From positions 73,656,001-73,720,000 of the forward strand of contig OX597826.1 of NCBI GenBank assembly GCA_951406725.2: a DNA stretch of 64,000 nt, given 5' to 3'. Of this stretch, positions 54,116-64,000 are shown one piece after another. The DNA comes from Octopus vulgaris (Eukaryota). The position numbers and the translations under genes were made by a program. Numbering within the stretch: position 1 is the stretch's first letter; every line of letters begins with the position of its first letter. A model generated the notes under the pieces. It saw only the letters and a program-made list of their open reading frames with translations. It was not told where the DNA came from and made no database searches.

Positions 54116-54293
54116 AAAGGGGACACCGCCCTTCATATTGCTCTGCGGGCACGGAGCAAAAGAATTACCGAGATGCTATTACGGAACCCCAAAAACAGCC
54201 AGCTGTTATACAAGGGCAACAAAGTAGGGGAGACACCTTATAGTATTGATGCCTATTACCATAAAGGAATACTAACACAGATCTTTGGCCACA
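54116..54293 (+). CDS. KIDINS220: Kidins220 exon [26 protein letters not shown]...GETPYSID...ILTQIFGH (last ankyrin repeat and linker)
   Basis: cag acceptor, GTAAGT donor, 178 nt (phase 0 to 1). LLRNPK, NKxGETPY and ILTQIFG are Kidins220 signatures. Confidence 0.96.
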
Positions 54294-54547
54294 GTAAGTA
54301 AGATCTCTTGCAGTTGTCTCATATACCTTGTTATTCACACCTGCACATAAACACACCTGCACAAACACACCTGCACAAACACGCCTGCACGAACTCACTC
54401 ATAACCATCGCCATTTAATATCCGTTTTTCATGCTGGAATGTGTTGGACAGTTTTACAGGAACTGGAGAGCTGCACCAGGCTCCTATTGTCTGTTGTTTT
54501 GGTATCATTTCTACAGCTGGATGCTCTTCATGATGCAGAGTGCATTG

Positions 54548-54830
54548 GGTGCTTTTTACATGGTCCCAAAATTAATGCTTTATATGCGGCACAAGTATGG
54601 ATGCTTTAAATGTGGCACCAGCACAAGTGCTTTGTATGTGGCGCCTGGATGGCTACTTTTTATGCGGCACAAGCATGGGTGCTTTATGTGGCACCAGCAC
54701 AAGTGCTTTGTATGTGGCACCTGGATGGGTACTTTTTATGTGGCACCAGCCTGGATGCTTTATATGTGGCACCAGCACAAGTGCTTTATACATGGTGCCT
54801 GCATGGGTACTTTTTACGTGACACCAGCAC
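54548..54830. repeat. Degenerate minisatellite (tgtggcaccagcacaagtgcttt...) inside a family-C SINE
   Basis: Directly visible. Confidence 0.8.
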
Positions 54831-55472
54831 GTAAAACAGTATCACAAGATTCATAGTAACTTTGTTTACATTCATTTTGAAGTGAGGATTTCTCTGAAAT
54901 AAGGGAGAAAAGTTCAACCCTTCTTCTATCATTCATTTGTCTTTTATAACGGAATCATTACATCACTGGACTTTGGACTTTTCAACAGGCTTTTAAAAGT
55001 TAATTCTACCTCACAATTATTTAAACAATTGTTCTCTCCACATACCTGTGCATCACTACTGCTCACCTCTACATAAATGCTATCCCACCTGTCCCACATT
55101 CATCATCATCATCATCATCATTTAACATCCGTTTTCCATGCTAGCACAGTTTGCACGGTTCGAGCAGGTTCTTGGAAGCCAGGATGCTGCACCAGGCTCC
55201 AGTCTGATCTTGCAGTGTTTCTACAGCTGGATGCCCTTCTTAATGCCAACCTCTCCATGAGTGTAGTGGATGCTTTTTACGTGCCACCGGCACAAAAGAA
55301 AATATTTCTATTCAATTTCTATTCTGCCCTTGTATACACTGATGCCTCCTACACCTGTACATCACTGCCATCACCACCCTCATGCACCCACATATACACC
55401 ACTTCTTACCCACACCTATGTACCATTTCCCATTACTTATACCCCACCACTTCTCCATCTATCTCCTACTTA

Positions 55473-55690
55473 TGAGGGGGTACTGAAAAGTTCCTGACTT
55501 TGAGGGTGTCATGAAAAGCCTGGTTGAAGGCCCACCCTTTCCAAGTCCTTTTACAGGGTTTATAAGAGCTGAAGGACCACTGCAATAAGTGTGTGAATTT
55601 GGGAGGGGAATATGTTGGATAAAATCATAATTAACTGATCCTCCTGTATTTCCTTTTACCCAAAACCAAAAACTTTTCAGCACCTTCTCG
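55473..55690. mobile_element. mariner-type MITE
   Basis: TA-tgagggggtactgaaaagtt ... aacttttcagcaccttctcg-TA. Confidence 0.7.
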
Positions 55691-55749
55691 TATATACCAA
55701 TCCTCCATATCTATTAATTATATTCTTTAAAATATTTTGCTATTTCCAG

Positions 55750-55911
55750 GAAACCTGAATGCTAACGATGCTGAAAACCTTCTTGGTTATGAAATCTACA
55801 GTAGTGCCTTGGCAGACGTATTGAGTGAACCGTCATTAAGTATGCCGATAACAGTTGGACTCTATGCAAAGTGGGGCAGTGGGAAATCTTTTTTAATCAA
55901 CAAATTACAAA
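55750..55911 (+). CDS. KIDINS220: Kidins220 exon with KAP NTPase Walker A ([17 protein letters not shown]...[14 protein letters not shown])
   Basis: cag acceptor, GTAAGT donor, 162 nt, phase 1/1, KAP-type P-loop WGSGKS. Confidence 0.97.
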
Positions 55912-57275
55912 GTAAGTTTGAATTGTTCAGAGGGGACCTGAATTGGCTTTGGTGATCCTAATACCTTGATCATGGTTCCTAACCATTTTTTTAACCTCTG
56001 GGTCCCTTTGTTTCCTATTTTGTTCAGGTGGACCCTCATGGACATTCAATGTTTAATAAAAATCCCGTTATATTTTTATGATTAAATATTATTAGGAATT
56101 GTCTTAAAAAAAACTCGTTAAGACACTTTGTGCATTGCAGAAGTAATTATCAATTTATTGCGCATACATTTTAACAACAAAATCCTATGTGGACCCCCCC
56201 CCAAGGGTCTTATGGGCCCCAATTGAGGACCACTGCTGTGCTGAGTAGCTGAACTGTTTTAAAATATTAATCATAGTATGGAGGTTAATTGACGTAACTT
56301 GATATCTCCATCATAATGTAGAAAATAGCTGATCGTGTTTTAAAACCTATGTCTTGATATAAAGGCTGGCTAATACCAGGCGGGCCAAAAGTCACACACA
56401 CCTAAACATTTGACATTCTATTTATATTACGCTGTTGTTGTTGCTGCTGCTACTACTGCTGCAGTTGTTGTTGATGCTGATGCTGTTGTTATTGTTGTTG
56501 TTGTTATTATTATTATTAAGAATGGCAGAATCATTAGCACACTGGACGAAATGCTTAGCAGTATTTTGATCATCACTTCATTCTGAATTCGAATTCCAAC
56601 AAGTTTCACTTTGCCTTGTTCTTGTTCTTGTTGTTGCTGCTGCTGTTATTATTGTTGTTGTTGTTGTTGTTGTTAAGATGGCAGAATTGTTAGCACACTG
56701 GACAAAATGCTTAGCAGTATTTTGATCGTCGCTATGTTCTGAGTTCGGATTCCGCCAAGTTTCACTTTGCCTTTCATCCTTTCGGGGTCGATTAAATAAG
56801 TAACATCTACACACTGGGGTCGATGTAATCAACTTAATCCCTTCCCCCAAATTCGAGGCCTTGTGCTTCCAGTAGAAAGGGTTATTATATTATTATTTAA
56901 GAAGGCGGAAAGCCGGCAGAATTGTTAGCACACTGGACGAAATGCTTAGCAGTATTTCACCAGTCGCTACATTCTGAGTTCAAATTCTGCCAAGGTCAAC
57001 TTTGCCTTTCATCCTTTCAGAGTCGATAAATTAAGTACCAGTGAAACACTGGGACCAATTTAATCGACTAGTCCCCTCCCACAAAATTTCAGACCTTGTA
57101 CCTTTAAGAGAAAGGATTTTTTTTTGTTGTTGTTGTTCAGTGAGAGAGCAATGCATGCCGTCAAAGTGACACTGGGGTAAAATGTTGTTATTGTTGTTAT
57201 TGTTATTATAATGAAGTTTACTGCAATAAAATGCTGTGTTAAAATCTTCATCACTGTTTTCCCGTTATTTTACAG

Positions 57276-57455
57276 AGGAGATGAAATCTTTTACACAACA
57301 GAATCAGAAAATCAACTTCCATTTCACAAAAACTTTGATATTCTTCCTCTTCTTCTTAAACTTTATCATCGGGTTTGGCCTCAGTTTAGCTTTCAACTGG
57401 ATTGTTGGGATCAGTGTTGGATTTGGATTGTTATTCTTACAGGCTATCGTTTTTG
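57276..57455 (+). CDS. KIDINS220: Kidins220 exon with two hydrophobic (TM1/TM2) segments (EMKSF...LIFFLFFLNFIIGFGL...IVGISVGFGLLFLQAIVF)
   Basis: cag acceptor, GTACGT donor, 180 nt, phase 1/1. A TM insertion within the KAP domain is expected. Confidence 0.92.
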
Positions 57456-57621
57456 GTACGTATTTTACAGTACTCTCTTTGCAGTACAAAATATATATAC
57501 TATTTATCTTTTTGATAGTTATATATATTTAATAAATAAAAATTTTTTTAAATAAATAAATAAATAAATTTTTTAAAAATCAAAATTTAAAAAATTTAAA
57601 AATTAAATAAATAAATAAAAA

Positions 57622-57657
<36 letters not shown>

Positions 57658-57867
57658 TTATAAATATAAATTAATAATTTTAAATATTTAAATTTAAATT
57701 TAAATAATTTAAATTTTGAATTTTATATTTTATATATTTTGTATATTATATTAATTAATTTTATTTCTATGTTTTAGTTTATGTTTTTCACTGTTTGATT
57801 TGCCTATTAGTGGTTTTATCTCTAATTTAATTTATATTTATACATATATATATATATATATATATAA

Positions 57868-58064
57868 ATGGGAAAAGCTGGTTTTTTGGATTATCTTAGG
57901 TTTCCTGTCCATAAAGGATGTGGCTTTATGGTGTATCGCCAGATCCCCAAAAATTTATAGGAGGTCTTAGGCCAACAGGTTTTTGGGATATGACAATACA
58001 CCATAAAGCTAAACCCTTTATGGACGAGAAACCTAAGGTAATCCCATAAACCAGCCTCCCCCAT
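57868..58064. repeat. Fold-back element with hammerhead-like motifs in both arms
   Basis: Inverted arms at about 57868-57953 and 57980-58064; motifs at 57888-57946(-) and 57985-58045(+). Confidence 0.75.
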
Positions 58065-58494
58065 CTTTAATATATACTGCTCTACATCTTAGAATGTGCT
58101 TCTTCTTTCGGATATGTGTGTATATGTATGTATGTATGTATATATATATATACACACACACACACACATACATACGCACATACAAACAAAAATTTGTGTG
58201 TGTGTGAGTGTCTTTGTTCTCCACTGCTGCTTGACAACTGGTGTTAGTGTGTTTACATCCCCATAACTTAGCAGCTCGGCAAAAGAGGCCGATAAAATAA
58301 GTACTGGCATCAATTCATTCAACTTCATTCAAGTTCTTCAAGACTGTGCCCCAGCATGGCCACAGTCTAATGACAGAAACGAGTGAAAGATAAAAGATAA
58401 AGATGAGCGTATGCAGACTCATACATTCAGAAAAATATGTTGATAATAATAATAATTTGGTGATGATGATGTTGTTGATGATGATGATGATGAA

Positions 58495-58530
<36 letters not shown>

Positions 58531-58549
58531 GATGGTGATATATATATAC

Positions 58550-59240
58550 ATGGGCCTGGGTATCTTGGTGGATTCCTCCTTTTCGCCTTCGGCCCAGTGT
58601 GTCCATGCTGCCAACAAAGCACGCGGAATTCTGTTCTTGATTCGACGTTCATTCGGAATGCTCACAGCAGCCATATTCCTACCACTCTATGTCACGCTGG
58701 TGAGACCCATATTGGAGTACGGGATTCAAGCCTCTTCTCCTTATCTCCTCAAAGACATACAGTACCTCGAAAGAGTCCAGAAGCTGGCTACCCGCATGGT
58801 TCTTGGTCTCAAGCATTTGTCTTATGAAGAAAGGCTAAGGACGCTCGACCTTTATTCTCTAGAAAAACGCTGCCGCCGTGGTAATCTCATTCTTGCTCAC
58901 AACATCATATGCGGAAAGTGTAACCTCTCGAAAGAGCTGTTCTTCACTCCTGCTCCAGAGCGTCGGCTGCGGGGTCATTCCAAAAAGCTCTACCTGCGAC
59001 AATTTCATCACAATCAAAGGATTGGAGCTTTCTCCGTCCGGGTTGTGGATCCGTGGAACAAGCTGCCAGACGAGATGGTGAAGATGCCGACGACCGCTTT
59101 GTTCAAAGTCTCCCTTGACCTCAAGTGGCCTGAACTCTTTACATGAACACCACCCTGTACTTAACTCCATGTCCCCCTACATGGCCTTGCTATTTGCTTT
59201 TGAGCCAAAAATTAACTAACTAACTAACTAACTAACTAAC
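58550..59240 (+). mobile_element. 5'-truncated CR1/L2-group LINE 3' end with (TAAC)7 tail
   Basis: ORF LGILVD...LYVTLVRPILEYG...LERVQKLAT...SYEERLRTL...LRGH...FSVRVVDPWNKLP is the typical RT C-terminus; microsatellite tail at 59213-59240. Confidence 0.9.
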
Positions 59241-59264
59241 ATGTGTCTATGTTTATATTTTCAG

Positions 59265-59418
59265 CTGTAATCAAATATTTTACTCACCGTTACTCCAACC
59301 AGTTCACTTTACGCATATCATACAGTTTCCAACGACAGATGAAAAGTTTGAAAATGTTGCTGTACTTGTTGTTTTGGAACCCTCGCAAGCTGAGCTCCAA
59401 TGAAGTACCTCACGTCAG
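59265..59418 (+). CDS. KIDINS220: Kidins220 exon AVIKYFTHRY...LLYLLFWNPRKLSSNEVPHVR
   Basis: cag acceptor, GTAAGG donor, 154 nt (phase 1 to 2). Keeps the frame between flanking exons. Confidence 0.9.
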
Positions 59419-60212
59419 GTAAGGCTCAATGCTTGCTTAAGGGCAAATTTAAATTCTTTACCTGTCAACCAGTTTTCACTCACAAGACATTATTAGTCAA
59501 TGCTTACAGTAGAAAGCACTGCCTCAAACTGCTGCACACCGGTATGTAGTGTCTTCTATTATACCTATTTCTTTACCACCCACAAGGGGCTAAACACACA
59601 GGGGACAAACAAGGACAGACAAACGGATTAAGTTGATTACATCGACCCCAGTGCGTAACTGGTACTTATTTAATCGACCCCAAAAGGATGAAAGGCAAAG
59701 TCGACCTCACAGGATGACTAAATTGTGTCCTCTTTTATACCCTATCTTCTACCCCACCTCCATCCTATCCTATCAATATAAAGTTTTGTGAAGGTGCATG
59801 GCTTAGTGGTGTGGGTGTTCGGCTCACAGTCGTAAGGTCATGAGTTCAATTCCATGCGGAGCATAATGTCCTTGAGCAAGACACTTTATTCTACATTGCT
59901 CCAGTTCACTCAGTTGGCAAAAACGAGTTGTACCTATGAATGAAAAGGGGCCAGCCATGTCACATTCTGTGTCATACTGAATCTCCCTGAGAACTACATT
60001 AAGAGTATACATGTCTGTGGAATACTCAGCCACTTGCATGTTAATTTCACCAGCAGGCTGTTCCATTGATCAGATCAACTGGAACACTCATCATTGTAAC
60101 CAACTGAGCACTAGTATAGTAGTAGTAGTACAAAGTCTTGTGAGTCAACTTTGACCCAATCTTCACCATCATTTATATAGTTTTATATCTTGACGACGTT
60201 TTTCATTTTCAG

Positions 60213-60361
60213 ATTTCTCTTCTCTGACTGTACTCGTTTGACAAGTGTTGGAGGTGAGAAGTCCCTAGCTGCCATGATTGGGACTCTTTGTGACGAGGCA
60301 GAGCGATCTTATGGTGTCGTAGTAGCTCGACTATTCCGTATAGTCAAGACACAGTCTTACA
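60213..60361 (+). CDS. KIDINS220: Kidins220 exon FLFSDCTRLTSVGGEKSLAAMIGTLCDEAERSYGVVVARLFRIVKTQSY; gene continues beyond the window
   Basis: cag acceptor, GTAAGT donor, 149 nt. RFLFxD..RLxSVGGE.SLA.MI.TL is a Kidins220 signature. Confidence 0.95.
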
Positions 60362-62079
60362 GTAAGTATAATCAACCCATTTATTCTCCCTCCCCCTCAA
60401 CTGATGTATCCACATCTCCACCCACCCTTACTCTCACCATATTTTGTCTCCTTCAAACATCATCTACACCACAGTACATTTGACTTAATACTCAAATCGT
60501 AGGGCGACCTGTTGTGCTTGAGGAGACCTATTGAGTCAAGTACATCAACATCAAATAAAAATCAAATGGAAATTGTAGTTGTGATACCTGTGCCGGTAGC
60601 ACAAGCACCATCTGGCTTCTGTACCAGTGGAATGTAAAAAGTACAAGTCGATTGTGGCCGTTGCCAACCTCCCTTGGTACATAAAAAGCACCCACTACAC
60701 TCATGGAGTGGTTGGCGTTAGGAAGGGCATCCAGCTGTAGAAACACTGCCAGATCAGACTGGAGCCTGGTGCAGCTTCCTGGCTTCCCAGACCCCGGACG
60801 AGCCATCCAACCCATGCTATCATGGAAAACGGATGTTAAACGATGATGATGATGATGATTTGACTTAAATACTGTCTTGGTTGTCAGGTCACCAATGATC
60901 ACTTTGTCTTCCTACAGTTTATTGGTCAGCCTGAACAACCTGCCTTTTGGTTGTTTACAGATATGAAGTTTAACCATTTTAATAGCTAACTGCCTGAGAC
61001 TGACCCTGGTTCTTAGATAAAAACTTCCCATTTTAATCTTTTAGCTTTTAAACCAGCCATAGCCAACCCATATATTTTGTCAAATTCGATGACTGGCATC
61101 CGTGCTAGTGGAGCACTAAGAGCATCATCCAAGTGTGATCGTTGCCAGAGTGGCTAACTGGCATCCATGCCGGTGGCATGTAAAAAGCACCATTCGAGCG
61201 TGATCGTTACCAGCATCGCCTTACTGGCACTTGTGCCGGTGTGCAGGTGGCACGTAAAAAGAACGCCATTTGGGCGTAGCCGTTGCCAGTACCACCTGAC
61301 TGGCCCTCATGCCGGTGGCACATAAAAGCACCCACTACACTCTCGGAGTGGTTGGCATTAGGAAGGGCATCCAGCTGTAGAAACTCTGCTAGATCAGACT
61401 GGAGCCTGGTGCAGCCTCCTGGCTTCCCAGACCCCAGTCAAACCGTCCAACCCATGCCAGCATGGAAAACGGACGTTAAACGATGATGATGATGATGATG
61501 ATGATCTTGTTTGTTGTTAACACGTTTCAGCTAATATACCCTCCAGCCTTCATCAGTTCCTCATCTCTTAAATATAGAACTGTATTACAAAAATGTCTTA
61601 TGGTGATTTGTACTAACTGTTTTCCCATTTAACAACATGCACTTGAACAGCCAACAACAGCCGCTAGAACATCACCAAAGGTTTGAATCTCTAAGATAAT
61701 CCATGATTAATTCAAAACAATACGAATGAATAATTATTACAATTGACAGAGTAATCTGAATGCTAAAGCGTTAGGGTGAAATCCCAGTCGTTCATTTAAC
61801 ACCCAACCAAGAAAATGATTATATATTATGGCTGTAATTCCATGGCTTGTCTGATAATAATTTATCTACAGATACTTCTCTGCCATACACAGTACATTTG
61901 CCATTCCCTGTCTTTACTATGGATGACCCTTAGCTCTTTCATCTGCCTTGCAATATTCTCATCTTCCGTCCTACCATACTTTACCTCTCTTTAACTGACT
62001 TTACAGGCAACCTTAGCCATTTCCCATAATGTTTCACTGCATATCATTAACTTCTGTTAACACTAAACCAAGTCTTTAA

Positions 62080-62296
62080 CCCTTTCATTACCAACCCGGC
62101 TGAAACTGGCTCTGGCTCTGTAGTATATCTTGTTTTCATAAGTTTTGAATTAAAATCTTCCACCAAACCTTAGTCACAATTTATGTTCCTAACACAAGCT
62201 GAATGATAACTAAGTTATTTTACTAAATTCTTTGTTATATTTAAAATAATTGAAAGAAAGACAGAGCATCTCAAAAAAAATACGGTAATGAAAGGG
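62080..62296. mobile_element. piggyBac-type MITE, reverse orientation to the 36053 copy
   Basis: TTAA-CCCTTTCATTACC...GGTAATGAAAGGG-TTAA. Confidence 0.85.
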
Positions 62297-62443
62297 TTAA
62301 AAAAACTTCTTTTTTTTTTGTACTTCAAGTAAAATTTTTTATTTAATTTGTTTTAAAGCTAAGAAAATTATTTGAAATAAATGAAAAATAAAATTGACTA
62401 GTCTCTTCCGCACCAAATTTCAGGCCTTGTGCCTTCAGTAGAA

Positions 62444-62490
<47 letters not shown>

Positions 62491-63724
62491 GGCAGTGAGC
62501 TGGCAGAATCATTAGCACGCCAGACAAAATGCTTAGCAATATTTCGTCCATTATTACATTCTGGGTCCAAATTCTGCCAAGGTCAACTTTGCCCTTCATC
62601 ATTTCAAGGTCAATAAAATAAGTACCAGTTGAACACTGGGAGTCAATATAATCCACTTACCCCTCTCCCAGACTTGCTGGCTTTGAACCAAAATTTGAAA
62701 CCATTCTTCTTCTTCTTGTTATCGTTATTTATATTAATTTGTAGTGGATAGCAGAATCAGTAGAAAACCAAATATTTAGCTGTCTCTTTTAAAATCCTCT
62801 CAGAATCATTTAAAATAAAGTACCAGTAAATTATTGGGACCAATTTCATCAACTAACCCTTTCCTTCAAATTGTGGCCTTGTGCTTATGTTAGAAGCAAT
62901 TGATTCTTAATCCTTAATGGTTAATAAAGAAATTATTATTACTATTATTGTTATTATTATTATTTTTTTTTTTTTTCAAAGAGAGTTAAGTGGGGGGTTA
63001 GCTGACCAAATCATTAGCACTCCAGACTAAAAATACTTTGTGATATTTTGTCCATCCTTATTTTCTGAATCCAAATTCCACCAAGGTCCACTTTTCCTTC
63101 TGCCCTTTCATTTTGATAAAACAAGTACCAGTTGTGTACTGGGGCTTGATGTAATCAACTATTCCATCCTTGCAAAATTTCTGGCCTTGTGCCTATAGTA
63201 GAAAGGATAATTTCCAAACAGAATGATGGAAGGATAGAATCAATAGAGCCACAGGCAAAATGCCTTTATGGTATTTCTTTTGACCCTGTATGATGTGGGT
63301 TTAATCCCACTAAGGCCAAGTTTGTCTTTCATCCTTTTGAGGGTCAATAAAATAAGGTGCCAGTCAAGTGCTGGGGTTGGTCATTATCAACCAAGCCCTT
63401 TCTCCAAATTTCAAGCCTTGTGCCTATGCTAGAAAGAATTAGTATTGGTTTCAAATTTTGGCACAAGGCCAACAATTTCAGGGGATGGTGTAAGTCAATT
63501 ACAGCAACCCTAGTGCTCGACTGGTACTTTTTTATCGATCCCAAAAGAAAGAAAGGCAAAGTCAACCTCGGTGGAAATTTGAACTCAAAACATGAAGATG
63601 GACAAACTGCCACAAAGCATTTTGCCCAGCGTGATAACAATTCCGCCAGCTCACTGCATTGGAAAGAATTATTCTTATCAATTGTTAGACATTTCTATAT
63701 TTCTCAATAAAATATTATTAATAA

Positions 63725-63963
63725 ATCCCGTGCCGGTGGCACGTTAAAAGCTCCAACCGATCGTGGCCGATGCCGGACCCCCCTGGCACCTGTGCAGGTG
63801 GCACGTAAAAAGCACCCACTACACTCGCGGAGTGGTTGGCGTTAGGAAGGGCATCCAGGTGTAGAAACACTGCCAGATCAGACTGGAGCCTGGTGCAGCC
63901 TTCCGGCTTCACAGACCCCAGTTGAACCGTCCAACCCATGCTAGCATGGAAAACAGACGTTAA

Positions 63964-63993
<30 letters not shown>
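63725..63993 (+). mobile_element. SINE family C with (GAT)n tail. Other copies at about 18340-18580, 18820-19250, 24650-24990, 30730-31000, 42790-43120, 50415-50650, 51645-52120, 55100-55290, 60500-60860, 61095-61505
   Basis: aagcacccactacactc...ggaagggcatccag...ccaacccatgctagcatggaaaac..acgttaaa(tga)n. Confidence 0.85.
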
Positions 63994-63995
<2 letters not shown>

Positions 63996-64000
63996 ATGGA

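Noticed and set aside
57530-57770. Almost pure A/T stretch
   Set aside because: Low complexity and possibly low-quality consensus; no interpretable structure.
58403-58549. N-terminal part of the 247-aa ORF
   Set aside because: Microsatellite read-through fused to a LINE fragment; not a host gene.
61872-61935. Possible next Kidins220 exon after ctacag
   Set aside because: The required frame hits TAG quickly and shows no Kidins220-like sequence; the next exon is probably outside the window.

Overview
This is AT-rich, repeat-dense animal genomic DNA. The SINE families and microsatellites suggest an Octopus-like cephalopod (inference). The main gene is on the + strand: 16 coding exons (36462-60361, about 643 aa) of a Kidins220/ARMS orthologue. 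It has ankyrin repeats encoded by ten consecutive 99-nt phase-0 exons, then a KAP-family P-loop NTPase with an inserted transmembrane hairpin. The gene continues past the window end. A candidate first exon and promoter lie near 16.5 kb, where CpG content drops. An intronless 377-aa orphan ORF (5345-6478) follows a tight AP-1/CRE/ETS motif cluster. The rest is tRNA-derived SINEs, CR1/RTE LINE fragments, a decayed Tc1 transposon, Helitron-like and piggyBac-like non-autonomous elements, and microsatellites. The most unusual signal is about a dozen minimal hammerhead-ribozyme-like motifs of the type carried by Penelope-like elements. Several sit in long fold-back palindromes next to (TA)n tracts inside the introns. 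All coordinates were read by eye, and nothing was database-searched.
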